In this document: one piece after another, positions 39,118 through 51,310 of the stretch
How positions within the stretch are numbered: the first letter of the stretch is position 1
Layout of the letters: each line of letters starts with the position of its first letter
Source: Felis catus
Lineage: Eukaryota
DNA length: 64,000 nt
Direction of reading: 5' to 3'
NCBI RefSeq assembly: GCF_018350175.1
Contig: NC_058368.1
Span: forward strand, 59,336,001 to 59,400,000
Program-made: the position numbers and the translations under genes
Notes under the pieces: model-generated
Databases searched by the model: none
The model's input: the letters and a program-made list of their open reading frames with translations, nothing else
Told to the model about the DNA's origin: nothing

Positions 39118-39415
39118 GATATTGTTGTTAAACAGATTCATCACTTGCACTGCTATAGCCTTGTTCCGGTTGTGCTTTTCTACAAAACTTTGGACTGTTT
39201 CCCACATTTTACACATCTCTCTAATCTCATTTGAAGTGAGGGATTCCTCCGGCTTTTTCTCCTCATCTGCAGACGAGATGCAGACTTAGACTTCTTACAA
39301 AATTTTGCAATTCCAGCTACTCGCATACCTCATTCGTACTTCTTGATGATTTCCTTCTTAGCTTCCACTGTAACTGTCTCCTTCTTACTGCCTTTCTTTT
39401 CAAACTTTTTCTGCA
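39118..39415 (-). mobile_element. MER82 part 2 (transposase-derived)
   Basis: Minus strand reads KKGSKKETVTVEAKKEIIKKYE*GMRVAGIA and MCKMWETVQSFVEKHNRNKAIAVQVMNLFN. Confidence 0.8.
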
Positions 39416-39787
39416 TGGCAATTATGAGTAAAGCCTCTTTAAACATCTGTGTGCAGGTTTTTGTGTGAACATAAATTTTCAACCCCTTTGGGTAAATATT
39501 AAGGTGTGTGATTCCTAGATTGTGTGAAAAGTCTGTTTTGTTTTATAGGAAGGTGCCAGTGTGTCTTCCAAAGTGCCTGCACCATTTTGCATTCCCACCA
39601 GCAGTAAATGAGAGCTTCTGTTGCTCCACATCCTGAGTAGCATTTCAGGTTGTCAGTGTTTTGGATTTTGGTCATTCTAATAGATGCATAGTAGGATCTC
39701 ATTGCTATTTTAATGTACAATTTCTACTGACATGTATGTTGAACATCTTTCCATATGTGTACTGCCATCTGTGTATCTTTGGTGAGT
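39416..39787 (-). mobile_element. L1MC1-like fragment
   Basis: Similar to 9215-9460: gtgtgcaggtttttgtgtg, accattttgcattcccaccagcag. Confidence 0.8.
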
Positions 39788-39794
39788 TGACTGT

Positions 39795-40049
39795 CATTAA
39801 TTTTCACCTCTGCTGTTGTGCCAAGGTATCAGCCATGACAATAAATAAGTAAATAAGTATGGCTGCATTTCAATAAAACTTTATAAACACTAAAATTTGA
39901 ATTTCATATAATTTCTGTGTGTCACAGAGTATGACTCTTTTAAAGTTTCCAGTCATTTTAAAATGTAAAATGTATTTCTGGTTTTCAAACTGTACCAAAA
40001 CAGGCAATTGGCCAACATTGGTCTGTGGGTCTTAGTTTGCTGACTTCTG
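39795..40049 (+). mobile_element. MER58B-like hAT-Charlie fragment
   Basis: tggctgcatttcaataaaacttta...aaatttgaatttcatataattt...tagtttgctgacttctg. Confidence 0.75.
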
Positions 40050-40759
40050 GCCTAAATCACTTATCTAGGTCACATATGGAGGCAGAGAAAAGAGTTAGGA
40101 AACTTAGAGACAGTTACTCTGACAAGCAGTTGTGATAAGTAGAAAAGTGAGTAGATTTGTAAAAGATAGCTACTGCTTATCCCCCAAATTAAAAACAAAA
40201 CAAAACAAACAAATTGCTCTATCCTATGATTGGTCTATTACATACTTGATTGAGAGGCAGAATCAGCAGGACCTGTCATAGGTTTGGATATATAGGGAGT
40301 AAGAAAAAGAGAACAAAAATATTAAGAGTTTTGGGAAATTTAAAGGATAATGAAGTGTTAAATGATACTATTGGTGAGATCCTAGATTATATTAATGAAC
40401 AAAATGGGGAGGAAGAATATGCATAAAGAATACAATGATGACTTCAAAGACTTCATGGACTTTTTTGGGACCTTAAAGATTTCAGAATTTTGCTATGTAG
40501 TAACAGAGGAGGGCATTCTATGTAAAGACAATAACGTGAATAAATATGGCAGAATACATGACGCGAATGTGTGCATGGGTGTCTGTGAGTTAAGCGCGTT
40601 GTTTTGTTGCATTACATTTTACAGCTATAATGTTTACTTACGAAATAAAGACATTGGCTTCTTGAATGGTTATGAAGAATGATGTTTATATTTAGTAGTA
40701 TAACTAGGAATAATCCAGTAAGTTATTAAAGTATTAAAATAATTATAATTATTATATTT

Positions 40760-40958
40760 ATTTTAAATATTTATTTATTTTGGCAGGGAGAAAGAGAAAG
40801 AGGGCATACAGGGGAAGGGTAAAAAGAGGGAAAGAGAGAATCCCAAGCAGGCCCTGCACTGTCAGCACAGAGCCTGGCATGGGGATCGATCTCACGAACC
40901 ATGAGGTCATGATCTGAACTGAAAAGAGTTGTATACTTAACAGACTTCCAGGCACCCC
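40760..40958 (-). mobile_element. CanSINE (older)
   Basis: gaatcccaagcaggccctgcactgtcagcacagagcc...caggcacccc. Confidence 0.92.
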
Positions 40959-41655
40959 AAAATAAATGTAATTATTTTAATGAATATTTACGGTGACTCT
41001 CTTATAAGGTAGGCATGCTTTTCATTATTAAAGTACAGATAAAATAAATAACATCGTCTTGATCTCAGAAAGTTCACAAACTATTAGAATGCTGAAAACC
41101 TTTAAGTAAAATGTGATAGCTACTAAATCAGGGCTATTAATAAGATGGAATATAGTCAATAAGGAAGGATAGACTGATTTTGTTTCACCTTGGGCAGAAG
41201 GAAAAGGTAAAAAAGTTAATCTGTTAACAATTATAAATTTGTGCAAGTGATTTAATATTAAATAGATCTAAGAGTATCAATAGAACAAACAGTATATACT
41301 GATGTATACCTACTTAAAATATTTCTACATGATTCTAAATACAACATTTTGGGAAATAAAATAATTGCCTGTCATTTTTTAGTGAGGCAAAATATAGAAA
41401 TCTGAAGAGGTTTAGTCACAAGTATTTTCTTGATTCAAATACAGAGTACTTCATTAGATTTTATTAAAAGTTGGGACACAAATTCATGTTTTCTATATAT
41501 TTTTCCTTCAAAACTGTAACATATCTAAGAAGTTGTTTTATAGTTTATGCTCTATCTAGTGAAATATCTCCAGTCCAAATCAAGTCTTTAATTGCATTTT
41601 CCCATGCTTGTAAAATTCAGAGACATTGTATCCTTGCTTTGCATAGTTTGATATG

Positions 41656-41660
<5 letters not shown>

Positions 41661-41710
<50 letters not shown>
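41661..41710. repeat. (TA)n microsatellite
   Basis: About 25 perfect units. Confidence 0.97.
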
Positions 41711-41714
<4 letters not shown>

Positions 41715-43047
41715 GCTACTAGATGACTTAGCTCAAGTAACACTTTAATCTTTCTTGGTTATTTGTTGGTAATAGTGTCTTGATACATATTGAAGAAATT
41801 GAGAAACTTAAAAAGCTTATGTGTAATATAATGAGTATCATGTTTCATTTTCTCTTTCTCTCTCTCTTTTTTCTTCCTTTCTCTCTCTAGAAAAATACAA
41901 GAAACCGAATTTTCACAGAAATGAATTTTTCGAAGTCATATTCTTTTAGCTATGTTCTGTAATTATATTCACTACCTATAGGAGTCATTTTATATTTAGG
42001 TCAATTAAATGACATTAAAACCTTAACTTGATACCTCCACTTGTAAGTTATTAGATAATTTTCTCTTGATTCATTAACCCTTATGGCACTGTTTTTGCTA
42101 AAGAAAAATCATTGCCTTTAAGGCAATTCTATCTCCTTCTTTCTGTTCATCACATAGGAGAAAAATGTGATGCCCTACATTATTATGCCAACACATACTT
42201 CAAAGCTCGCACTGTATTTCAGTTCCATAGCTTGTATAATTGCTTCCAATCTTAAATTGCTTAAGGCCAATTAAATGGACAATTATTATAATTTTATTAT
42301 TTCAATTAACCTTTTGTAAACTTTCAAATATCTAAATTTTCCTTTATCATGCCTGATGGTAGTAGGTCAATGTAGCTAATTCTAATTTATGTTTCTGACA
42401 GACTTTAAAAATGTATTTGTAAAAGAAAAAAATTAAAAATGTGCACACTTCAGTTATAACTGGGTTAAACTGCGATCATATTATATTTCATAAATGTATA
42501 TATTTTCTCTTTTACTTAAATATATAACTTGTTATGGTAATGTAGGTAAACAATATAGACGATTAAATAAGAACATGCATTTGCAGGTTGAGAAAACTAT
42601 GTCCATCCAAATTCTACTGCAAAGCAAAGTAGCTTATATGACTTCAGCAACCTATTTAAACCTTTGAGTTTTAGGTTCTTTCCAATCACTTTCTATGTCT
42701 GTATGGATGTGGGAGGTGTGGTATTGCTTCCGTAGTGTGTGGTAAGACTGGGTTTGTGTATATCTAATCATAATCTTTTGCTTTTTTTTAGAAATTTAAG
42801 GCATGATATTTGGCTCCCCTCCTGTGCATTTGCTAATGGAAACAAATGCTACATTTTCCTCATGTTTATAGGCTTCTGCCTTCTAATACCATCCATGCTT
42901 ATAAAATTTTTAAAAATTTATAATGAGTGTATATATGTGTATGTATCCCTATCTATCCATCCATCCATCCATCCATCCATTCATCCATCTATCTACTGTT
43001 ATAGGCATGATTTAAACTAAGTTGGTTTATAAAACTCTAAAACATTT

Positions 43048-43262
43048 TATTTTAAGTTTTGTGATGTTTATTCATTTTTTGAGAAGGAGAGACAGAGCAT
43101 GAGCTGGGGAGGAGCAGACAGAGAGGGAGACACAGAATCTGAAGTGGGCTCCAGGCTCCCAGCTGTCAGCACAGAGCCCGATGTGGGGCTAAACGCATGA
43201 ACCATGAGATCATGACCTGAGCTGCAGTTGGATGATTAACTGGCTGAGCCACCCAGGTGCCC
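43048..43262 (-). mobile_element. CanSINE
   Basis: TSD taaaacattt. Confidence 0.95.
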
Positions 43263-45504
43263 TTAAAACATTTAAAATACATGAAGAGTTAATAGTTTCC
43301 TTTAAGTTAACCCACAAGCTGAATGATTTGACATTTGCATTTGCCATTTTACATTTGCTTTCTTATTTGCCCCAAATCATAATCTTACAAACCAAATTAT
43401 GATACCCTTTAGCTGTTATTCAGATTACCTTTTTATACTTTTTTTCCCAAAAAAATCTTTTAATGATTAGATTAGATTTCCCATTAAACCGTGGTCAAAA
43501 ATAGAATCCTTTATTTGGGTATTTGTAATAATTTATATTTATGTTCTAAGCTTTCAAACTGATCTGAAGTAAGTGGCCAGACAGAGGAGTCTCAGACACT
43601 GAGTTATTTGTTCACAACCAAAATCTGATTATGGGAAATGTGCCAATTAGAAATACACTTTTGGAGCAAGATTATTGAATAAAAATCATAATATATTCTA
43701 TCAAATATATTAGCAGTAACTAAAATTATAATTTAAAAAGAGTTTAAAATTAACAATTGTAGCACTTACATAGCTGCATCACAATGAAAACATCAAAATT
43801 TATCTGCCTTCAAGTGTAAGATGATAGGATAAATCCAGCACTAAAGTGTTTCTTATGAGAAAAATTGAAGAGCAAACTACAAATGGACAAAAAAAGAATA
43901 AGATGTATTGCAACAGAAATAGTAGTGCTCATATTAAAATGCTGATATAAAGTAAATATTTACCAGAATATGTGAGGCTTAGTGCATCTGAACACAGCCG
44001 CAAACTCTGCAGTATTTAGAAACACAAAGGTTAACTGAGCAAACTGTATCTTGAAAAACTTATTATCCTTATCTTGATTAAAGCCTGAATGAGAGAGTGT
44101 AGGTACTATGGGGAGGAGAGGAAAAATGTGAAGAAGAAAACCTTCTCTAATTACCTTCTGTCCCAACAGAGATTAAAAAAAAAAATGTATATTTTGTGTT
44201 TGCCAGCTGTGAGAAAAATGGCAGAATAATGAGAGAAGTTTCATCAAAGCTCCAAAGTAATTAGATTTTTCAGTGATAAGCATTTATCTAAAGAGGAAAA
44301 ATAGATGATTGGTAGATAGATGGATAAATGGATAAAGGGATAAACAGATGAAATAGGAAATGGAGGATACAGGAAAATAAGACCCCAGAAAAGAATATGA
44401 AGAAATCCTATGTAACATCTTGTCATCATGGGAGTGACCATCACCTTTGCTGTCAGAGGTAGACTAATCAAGAGAGCCACAATCTCATCCCATTCACAGG
44501 TCCTGTGCACTCTCCAGGGAGGATTACAGAAAACACAGTTCACCCTGTGAACCCATAGTTGTCCTCTCTACAATGCAGAATGTGGTCATCTCTTTCCAGG
44601 TTTCTCAAGAATATAATTCCATTATAGCATCAGCTCAAAGTTCAAAATCTCATTATATGGCACTAAATCTCATTATTTCATTTATATGAAGTCCAAAATC
44701 CAAGTCAGATTCAGGTAAGGATGAGGTTCCTGGCTGTAATCTGTTAAGTACCACTGATCTAGCACAAGTCCTCTCTGTGTGAATCTATAGAGACAGGTAA
44801 TCTGTCCCAAAGCACCAAAATAAACAATGATGGAAAAGCATAGGACAACAGTTATGGGCATTAGAATTCAAAAAGGGAAGAATGAAAGGTGAAAATGAAT
44901 CAACAAACCTCAACAGTTATGAAATCCAGCCAATAGAAAGTTGGCCCTTTCTTAATTGGGTTTTAAGGCCTGGGAATAATGTTTCATTAGTTCTTGACTC
45001 TGCCCTTTGTGTTGTCCTTCTTTTTGCACAAAAAGTAGAATGTGTTTTCAGTAAAATGTGTGGTCTGAGAGCCTCTTGAATTTTGTATTCTTTCACTCCC
45101 AAGTTGACAGTGATTCTGTTGATACAATTTTCTCAAGAACTTGTAAGTCTTACATGTATTTTGAGATTTCTTTCCATTAGAGAATCCACACTCACAAATC
45201 ACTCTAAGGTAATCCTTTCTTAAAACTTAGTTGGCCTTATAGGCTTTGGTTTATTTTGGGACTCTGTTTTGTTCAGCTGGTCTATATGTCTGTTTTTATG
45301 CGGTACTATAATGTTTGGATTATTATAGCTTTATAATATATAACATGCTATTCATCTTAAATATACACATTTTTAAATTAAAAAACAATTGAAAATTGTT
45401 GATCTGAGTTGGATCCTAGACTACGGAAGGGACATCCATGGGATATCTGATGAATTAAAGTCTGTAATTTAGTTAATTTTTAAAAAAGGGAGAGACTTTT
45501 TAAA

Positions 45505-45605
45505 GGGGTGCTTGGCTGACTCAGTTGGTAGAGCATGTGACTCTTGATCTTGAGTTGTGAGTTTAAGCCCCAGACTGGGTGTAGAGACAAAGAGAATTTT
45601 TTTAA
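45505..45605 (+). mobile_element. Short tRNA-like CanSINE (old)
   Basis: ggggtgcttggctgactcagttggtagagcatgtgactcttgatct. Confidence 0.85.
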
Positions 45606-46494
45606 ATGATAATCATTTCTCTATCTTTGCTTCTGCTGTGATGGCTGAGGGAAAATATTCTCAATCTTCCTAGAAACTCTCAGGTTGGTTGAGAAGATTT
45701 GTGAGTTTTACCCTTAATGTCTTGAAAGGGCACTTTGTGTGACTACACTGAAGTTTTGAATTTACTAATGTTATAGCAGAAGGTACAATGACACACTCAG
45801 TTTTGTGTTGTTGTTGTTTGTTTCTGTTTTTGTTTTTCTGTACCCCTTTGGGCACCAGTTTCTGTTAACATTTTCTGTCAAATGGGAAGCTGAGACTTTC
45901 CAAAATCACCCAGTCTTTGTTCTTTTTTGTTTAATGCTTCTTTTATCAGTTTATTTCTGTACTCTCACTTTTTATAATCAACAAGAAGAAATCATGCATC
46001 CTCAACACTTTACTCAAAAATCCCTTTAACTAATTATGCAGGTACATCCATTACAAATTCTGCCTTCCATATGATTTCCAGGCAAAATTTTAGTAAATTC
46101 TTAGTCACTTCATAACAAGGATCCTTCTTCCCCAAATGTCCAATAATATATTGCTCATTTTCTTCTGATTCCTAACGAGTAGCATCTTTATTTTTTTTTA
46201 TTTTTTTATTTTTTTTGCTGATCTCTTTGGAGTATTTTGTAGAGGCTATCTTTTTATTTTTTAATTTTTTTTCAATATATGAAGTTTATTGTCAAATTGG
46301 TTTCCATACAACACCCAATGCTCATCTGAAAAGGTGCCCTCCTCAATACCCATCACCCAGCCTCCCGGCCCTCCCACCCCCCATCAACCGTCAGTTTATT
46401 CTCAGTTTTTAAGAGTCTCTATGCTTTGGCTCTCTTCCACTCTAACCTCTTTTTTTGTTTCCTTCCCCTCCCCCATGAGTTTCTGTTAAGTTTC

Positions 46495-49400
46495 TCAAGA
46501 TCCACATAACAGTGAAAACATATGGTATCTGTCTTTCTCTGTACGGCTTATTTCACTTACCATAACACTCTCCAGTTCCATCCTTGTTGCTACAAAGGCC
46601 CATATTTCATTCTTTCTCATTGCCACATAGTACTCCATTGTGTATATAAACCACAATTTCTTTATCCATTCATCAGTGGATGGACATTTAGGCTCTTTCC
46701 ATAATTTGGCTATTGTTGAGAGTGCTGCTATAAACATTGGGGTACAAGTGCCCCTATGCATCAGTACTCCTGTATCCCTTGGATAAATTCCTAGCAGTGC
46801 TATTGCTGGGTCATAGGGTAGGTCTATTTTTAATTTTTTGAGGAACCTCCACACTGTTTTCCAGAGGGGCTGCACCAGTTTGCATTCCCACCAACAGTGC
46901 AAGAGTGTTCCCTTTTCTCCACATCCTCGCCAGCATCTATAGTCTCCTGATTTGTTTATTTTGGCCACTCTGACTGGCATGAGGTGATATATGAGTGTGG
47001 TTTTGATTTGTAGTTCCCTGATGAGGAGTGACATTGAGCATCTTTTCATGTGCTTGTTGGCCATCCGGATATCTTCTTTAGAGACGTGTCTATTCATGTT
47101 TTCTGCCCATTTCTTCACTGGGTTATTTGTTTTTCGGGTGTGGAGTTTGGTGAGCTCTTTATAGATTTTGGATACTAGCCCTTTGTCCAATATGTCATTT
47201 GCAAATATCTTTTCCCATTCCGTTGGTTGCCTTTTAGTTTTGTTGGTTGTTTCCTTTGCTGTGCAGAAGCTTTTTATCTTCATGAGGTCCCAATAGTTCA
47301 TGTTTGCTTTTAATTCCCTTGCCTTTGGGGATGTGTCAAGTAAGAAATTGCTATGGCTGAGGTCAGAGAGGTCTTTTCCTGCTTTCTCCTCTAGGGTTTT
47401 GATGGTTTCCTGTCTCACATTCAGGTCCTTATTCCATTTTGAGTTTCTTTTGTGAATGGTGTGAGAAAGTGGTCTAGTTTCAATCTTCTGCATGTTGCTG
47501 TCCAGTTCCCCCAGCACCATTTGTTAAAGAGACTGTCTTTTCTCCATTGGATGTTCTTTCCTGCTTTGTCAAAGATTAGTCGGCCATACGTTTGTGGGTC
47601 TAGTTCTAGGGTTTCTATTCTATTCCATTGGTCTATGTGTCTGTTTTTGTGCCAATACCATGCTGTCTTGATGATTACAGCTTTGTAGTAGAGGCTAAAG
47701 TCTGGGATTGTGATGCCTCCTGCTTTGGTCTTCTTCAAAATTCCTTTGGCTATTCGGAGCCTTTTGTGGTTCCATATGAATTTTAGGATTGCTTGTTCTA
47801 GTTTCGAGAAGAATGCTGGTGCAATTTTGATTGGCATTGCATTGAATGTGTAGATAGCTTTGGGTAGTATTGACATTTTGACAATATTTATTCTTCTAAT
47901 CCATGAGCACGGAATGTTTTTCCATTTCTTTATATCTTCTTCAATTTCCTTCATGAGCTTTCTAGAGTTTTCAGCATACAGATCTTGTACATCTTTGGTT
48001 AGATTTATTCCTAGGTATTTTATGCTTCTTGGTGCAATTGTAAATGGGATCAGTTTCTTTATTTTTCTTTCTGTTACTTCATTATTAGTGTATAAGAATG
48101 CAACTGATTTCTGTACATTGATTTTGTATCCTGCAACTTTACTAAATTCATGTGTCAGTTCTAGCAGACTTCTGGTGGAATCTATTGGATTTTCCATGTA
48201 TAATATCATGTCATCTGCAAAAAGTGAAAGCTTCACTTCATCTTTGCCAATTTTGATGCCTTTGATTTCCTTTTGTTGTCTGATTGCTGATGCTAGAACT
48301 TTCAACACTATGTTAAACAACAGCGGTCAGAGCGGACATCCCTGTCGTGTTCCTGATCTCAGGGAAAAAGCTCTCAGTTTTTCCCCATTGAGGATGATGT
48401 TAGCTGTGGGCTTTCATAAATGGCTTTTATGATCTTTAAGTATGTTCCTTCTATCCCGAATTTCTCAAGGGTTTTTATTAAGAAAGGTTGCTGAATTTTG
48501 TCAAAGGCCTTTTCTGCATCGATTGACAGGATCATAAGTTTCTTATCTTTTCTTTTATTAATATGATGTATCACGTTGATTGATTTGCGAATGTTGAACC
48601 AGCCCTATATCCCAGGAATGAATCCCACTTGATCATGGTGAATAATTCTTTTTATATGCTGTTGAATTCGATTTGCTAGTATCTTGTTGAGAATTTTTGC
48701 ATCCATATTTATCAGGGATATTGGCCTGTAGTTCTCTTTTTTTACTGGGTCTCTGTCTGGTTTAGGAATCAAAGTAATGCTGGCTTCATAGAATGAGTCT
48801 AGAAGTTTTCCTTCCCTTTCTATTTTTTGGAACAGCTTGAGAAGGATAGGTATTATCTTTGCTTTAAACGTCTGGTAGAACTCCCCTGGGAAGCCATCTG
48901 GTCTTGTACTTGTATTTGTTGGGAGATTTTTGATGACTGATTCAATTTCTTTGCTGGTTATGGGTCTGTTCAAGATTTCTATTTCCTCCTGATTGAGTTT
49001 TTGGAAGCTTGTGGGTATTTAGGAATTTGTCCATTTCTTCCAGGTTGTCCAGTTTGTTGGCATATAATTTTTCATAGTATTCCCTGATAATTGCTTGTAT
49101 CTCTGAGGGATTGGTTGTAATAATTCCATTTTCATTCATGATTTTATCTATTTCGGTCATCTCCCTTTTCTTTTTGAGAAGCCTGGCTAGAGGTTTGTCA
49201 ATGTTGTTTATTTTTTCAAAAAACCAACTCTTGGTTTCGTTGATCTGCTCTACAGTTTTTTTAGATTCTATATTGTTTATTTCTGCTCTGATCTTTAGTA
49301 TTTCTCTTCTTCTGCTGGGTTTAGGCTGTCTTTGCTGTTCTGCTTCTATTTCCTTTAGGTGTGCTGTTAGATTTTGTATTTGGGATTTTTCTTGTTTCTT

Positions 49401-50312
49401 GAGATAGGCCTGGATTGCAATGTATTTTCCTCTCAGGACTGCCTTTGCTGCATCCCAAAGCGTTTGGATTGTTGTATTTTCATTTTAATCTGTTTCCATC
49501 TATTTTTAAATATCTTCCCTAATTGCCTGGTTGACCCATTCATTCTTTAGTAGGGTGTTCTTTAACCTCCATGCTTTTGGACGTTTTCCAGACTTTTTCT
49601 TGTGGTTGATTTCAAGCTTCATCACATTGTGGTCTGCAAGTATGCATGGTATAATCTCAATTCTTGTATACTTATGAAGGGCTGTTTTGTGACCCAGTAT
49701 GTGATCTGTCTTGGAGAATGTTCCATGTGCACTCGAGAAAAAAGTATATTCTGTTGCTTTGGGAAGCAGAGTTCTAAATATATCTGTCAAGTCCATCTGA
49801 TCCACTGTATCATTCAGGGCCCTTGTTTCTTTATTGATTCTCTGTCTAGATGATCTATCCATTTCTGTAAGTGGAGTGTTAAAGTCCCCTGCAATTACCA
49901 CATTCTTATCAATAAGGTTGCTTATGTTTGTGAGTAATTGTTTTTATATATGGGGGCTCCTGTATTTGGCACATAGACATTTATAATTGTTAGCTCTTCC
50001 TGATGGATAGACCCTGTGAGTATTATATAATGCCCTTCTTCGTCTCTTATTACAGCCTTAATTTAAAGTCTAGTTTGTCTGATATAAGTATGGCTACTCC
50101 AGCTTTCTTTTGACTTCCAGTGGCATGATAAATAGTTCTCCATCCCCTCACTCTCAATCTGAAGGTGTCCTCAGGTCTAAAATGAGTCTCGTGTAGACAC
50201 CAAATAGATGGGTCTTGTTTTTTATCCTTTCTGATACCCTATGTCTTTTGTTTGACGCATTTAGTCCACTTACATTCAGTGTTATTATAGAAAGATATGG
50301 GTTTAGAGTCAT
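46495..50312 (-). pseudogene. LINE-1 ORF2 (endonuclease/reverse transcriptase), frameshifted
   Basis: [71 protein letters not shown] spread over several frames. Confidence 0.96.
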
Positions 50313-50362
50313 TTTGATGTCCGTAGGTTTCATGCTTGTAGCGATGTCTCTGGCACTTTGTC

Positions 50363-51310
50363 TCACAGGATCCCCCTTCGGATCTCTTGTAGGGCTGGTT
50401 TAGTGGTGACGAATTCCTTCAGTTTTTGTTTGTTTGGGAAGACCTTTATCTCTCCTTCTATTCTAAATGACAGACTTGCTGGATAATTGGCTGCATATTT
50501 TTTCTGTTTATCACATTGAAGGTCTCCTGCCATTCCTTTCTGGCCTGCCACGTTTCAGTAGAGAGATCGGTCACGAGTCTTATAGGTCTCCCTTTATATG
50601 TTAGAGCACATTTATCTCTAGCTGCTTTCAGAATTTTCTCTTTATCCTTGTATTTTGCCAGTTTCACTATGATATGTCGTGCAGAAGATCGATTCAAGTT
50701 ACGTCTGAAGGGAGTTCTCTGTGCCTCTTGGATTTCAGTGCCTTTTTCCTTCCCCAGATCCGGGAAGTTCTCAGCTATGATTTCTTCAAGTACCCCTTCG
50801 GCACCTTTCCCTCTCTCTTCCTCCTCTGGAATACCAATTGTGCGTATATTATTTCTTTTTAGCACCTTTCCCTCTCTCTTCCTCCTCTGGAATACCAATT
50901 ATGCGTATATTATTTCTTTTTAGTGCATCACTTAGTTCTCTAATTTTCCCCTAGTACTCCTGGATTTTTTTATCTCTCATTTTCTCAGCATCTTCTTTTT
51001 CCATAGTTTTATCTTCTAGTTCACCTATTCTCTCCTCTGCCTCTTCAGTCCGAGCCGTGGTTGTCTCCATTTTATTTTGCAGCTCATTTATAGCATTTTT
51101 TAGCTCCTCCTGGCTATTCCTTAGTCCCTTGATCTCTGTAGCAAGAGATTCTCTGCTGTCCTTTATACTGTTTTCAAGCCCAGCAATTAATTTTATGACT
51201 ATTATTCTAAATTCACTTTCTTTTATATTGTTTAAATCATTTTTGATCAGTTCATTAGCTGTTGTTATTTCCTGGACGTTTTTCTGAGTGGAATTCTTCC
51301 ATTTCATCAT
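50363..51310 (-). pseudogene. LINE-1 ORF1p, frameshifted
   Basis: Coiled-coil ELKNAINELQNKME, NNIRTIGIPEEEE, RHIIVKL, YPASLSFRIEGEIKVFPNKQKLKEF. Confidence 0.95.

Noticed and set aside
38920..39410. Intact Tigger/pogo transposase gene
   Set aside because: Only short fused N- and C-terminal remnants with a stop; non-autonomous MER82
45505..45590. tRNA genes (also 54677-54760)
   Set aside because: Decayed stems, A-rich tail and TSDs indicate short tRNA-derived SINEs
46495..51310. Active L1 or domesticated reverse transcriptase
   Set aside because: Multiple frameshifts and stops in both ORFs, and the 5' UTR appears truncated
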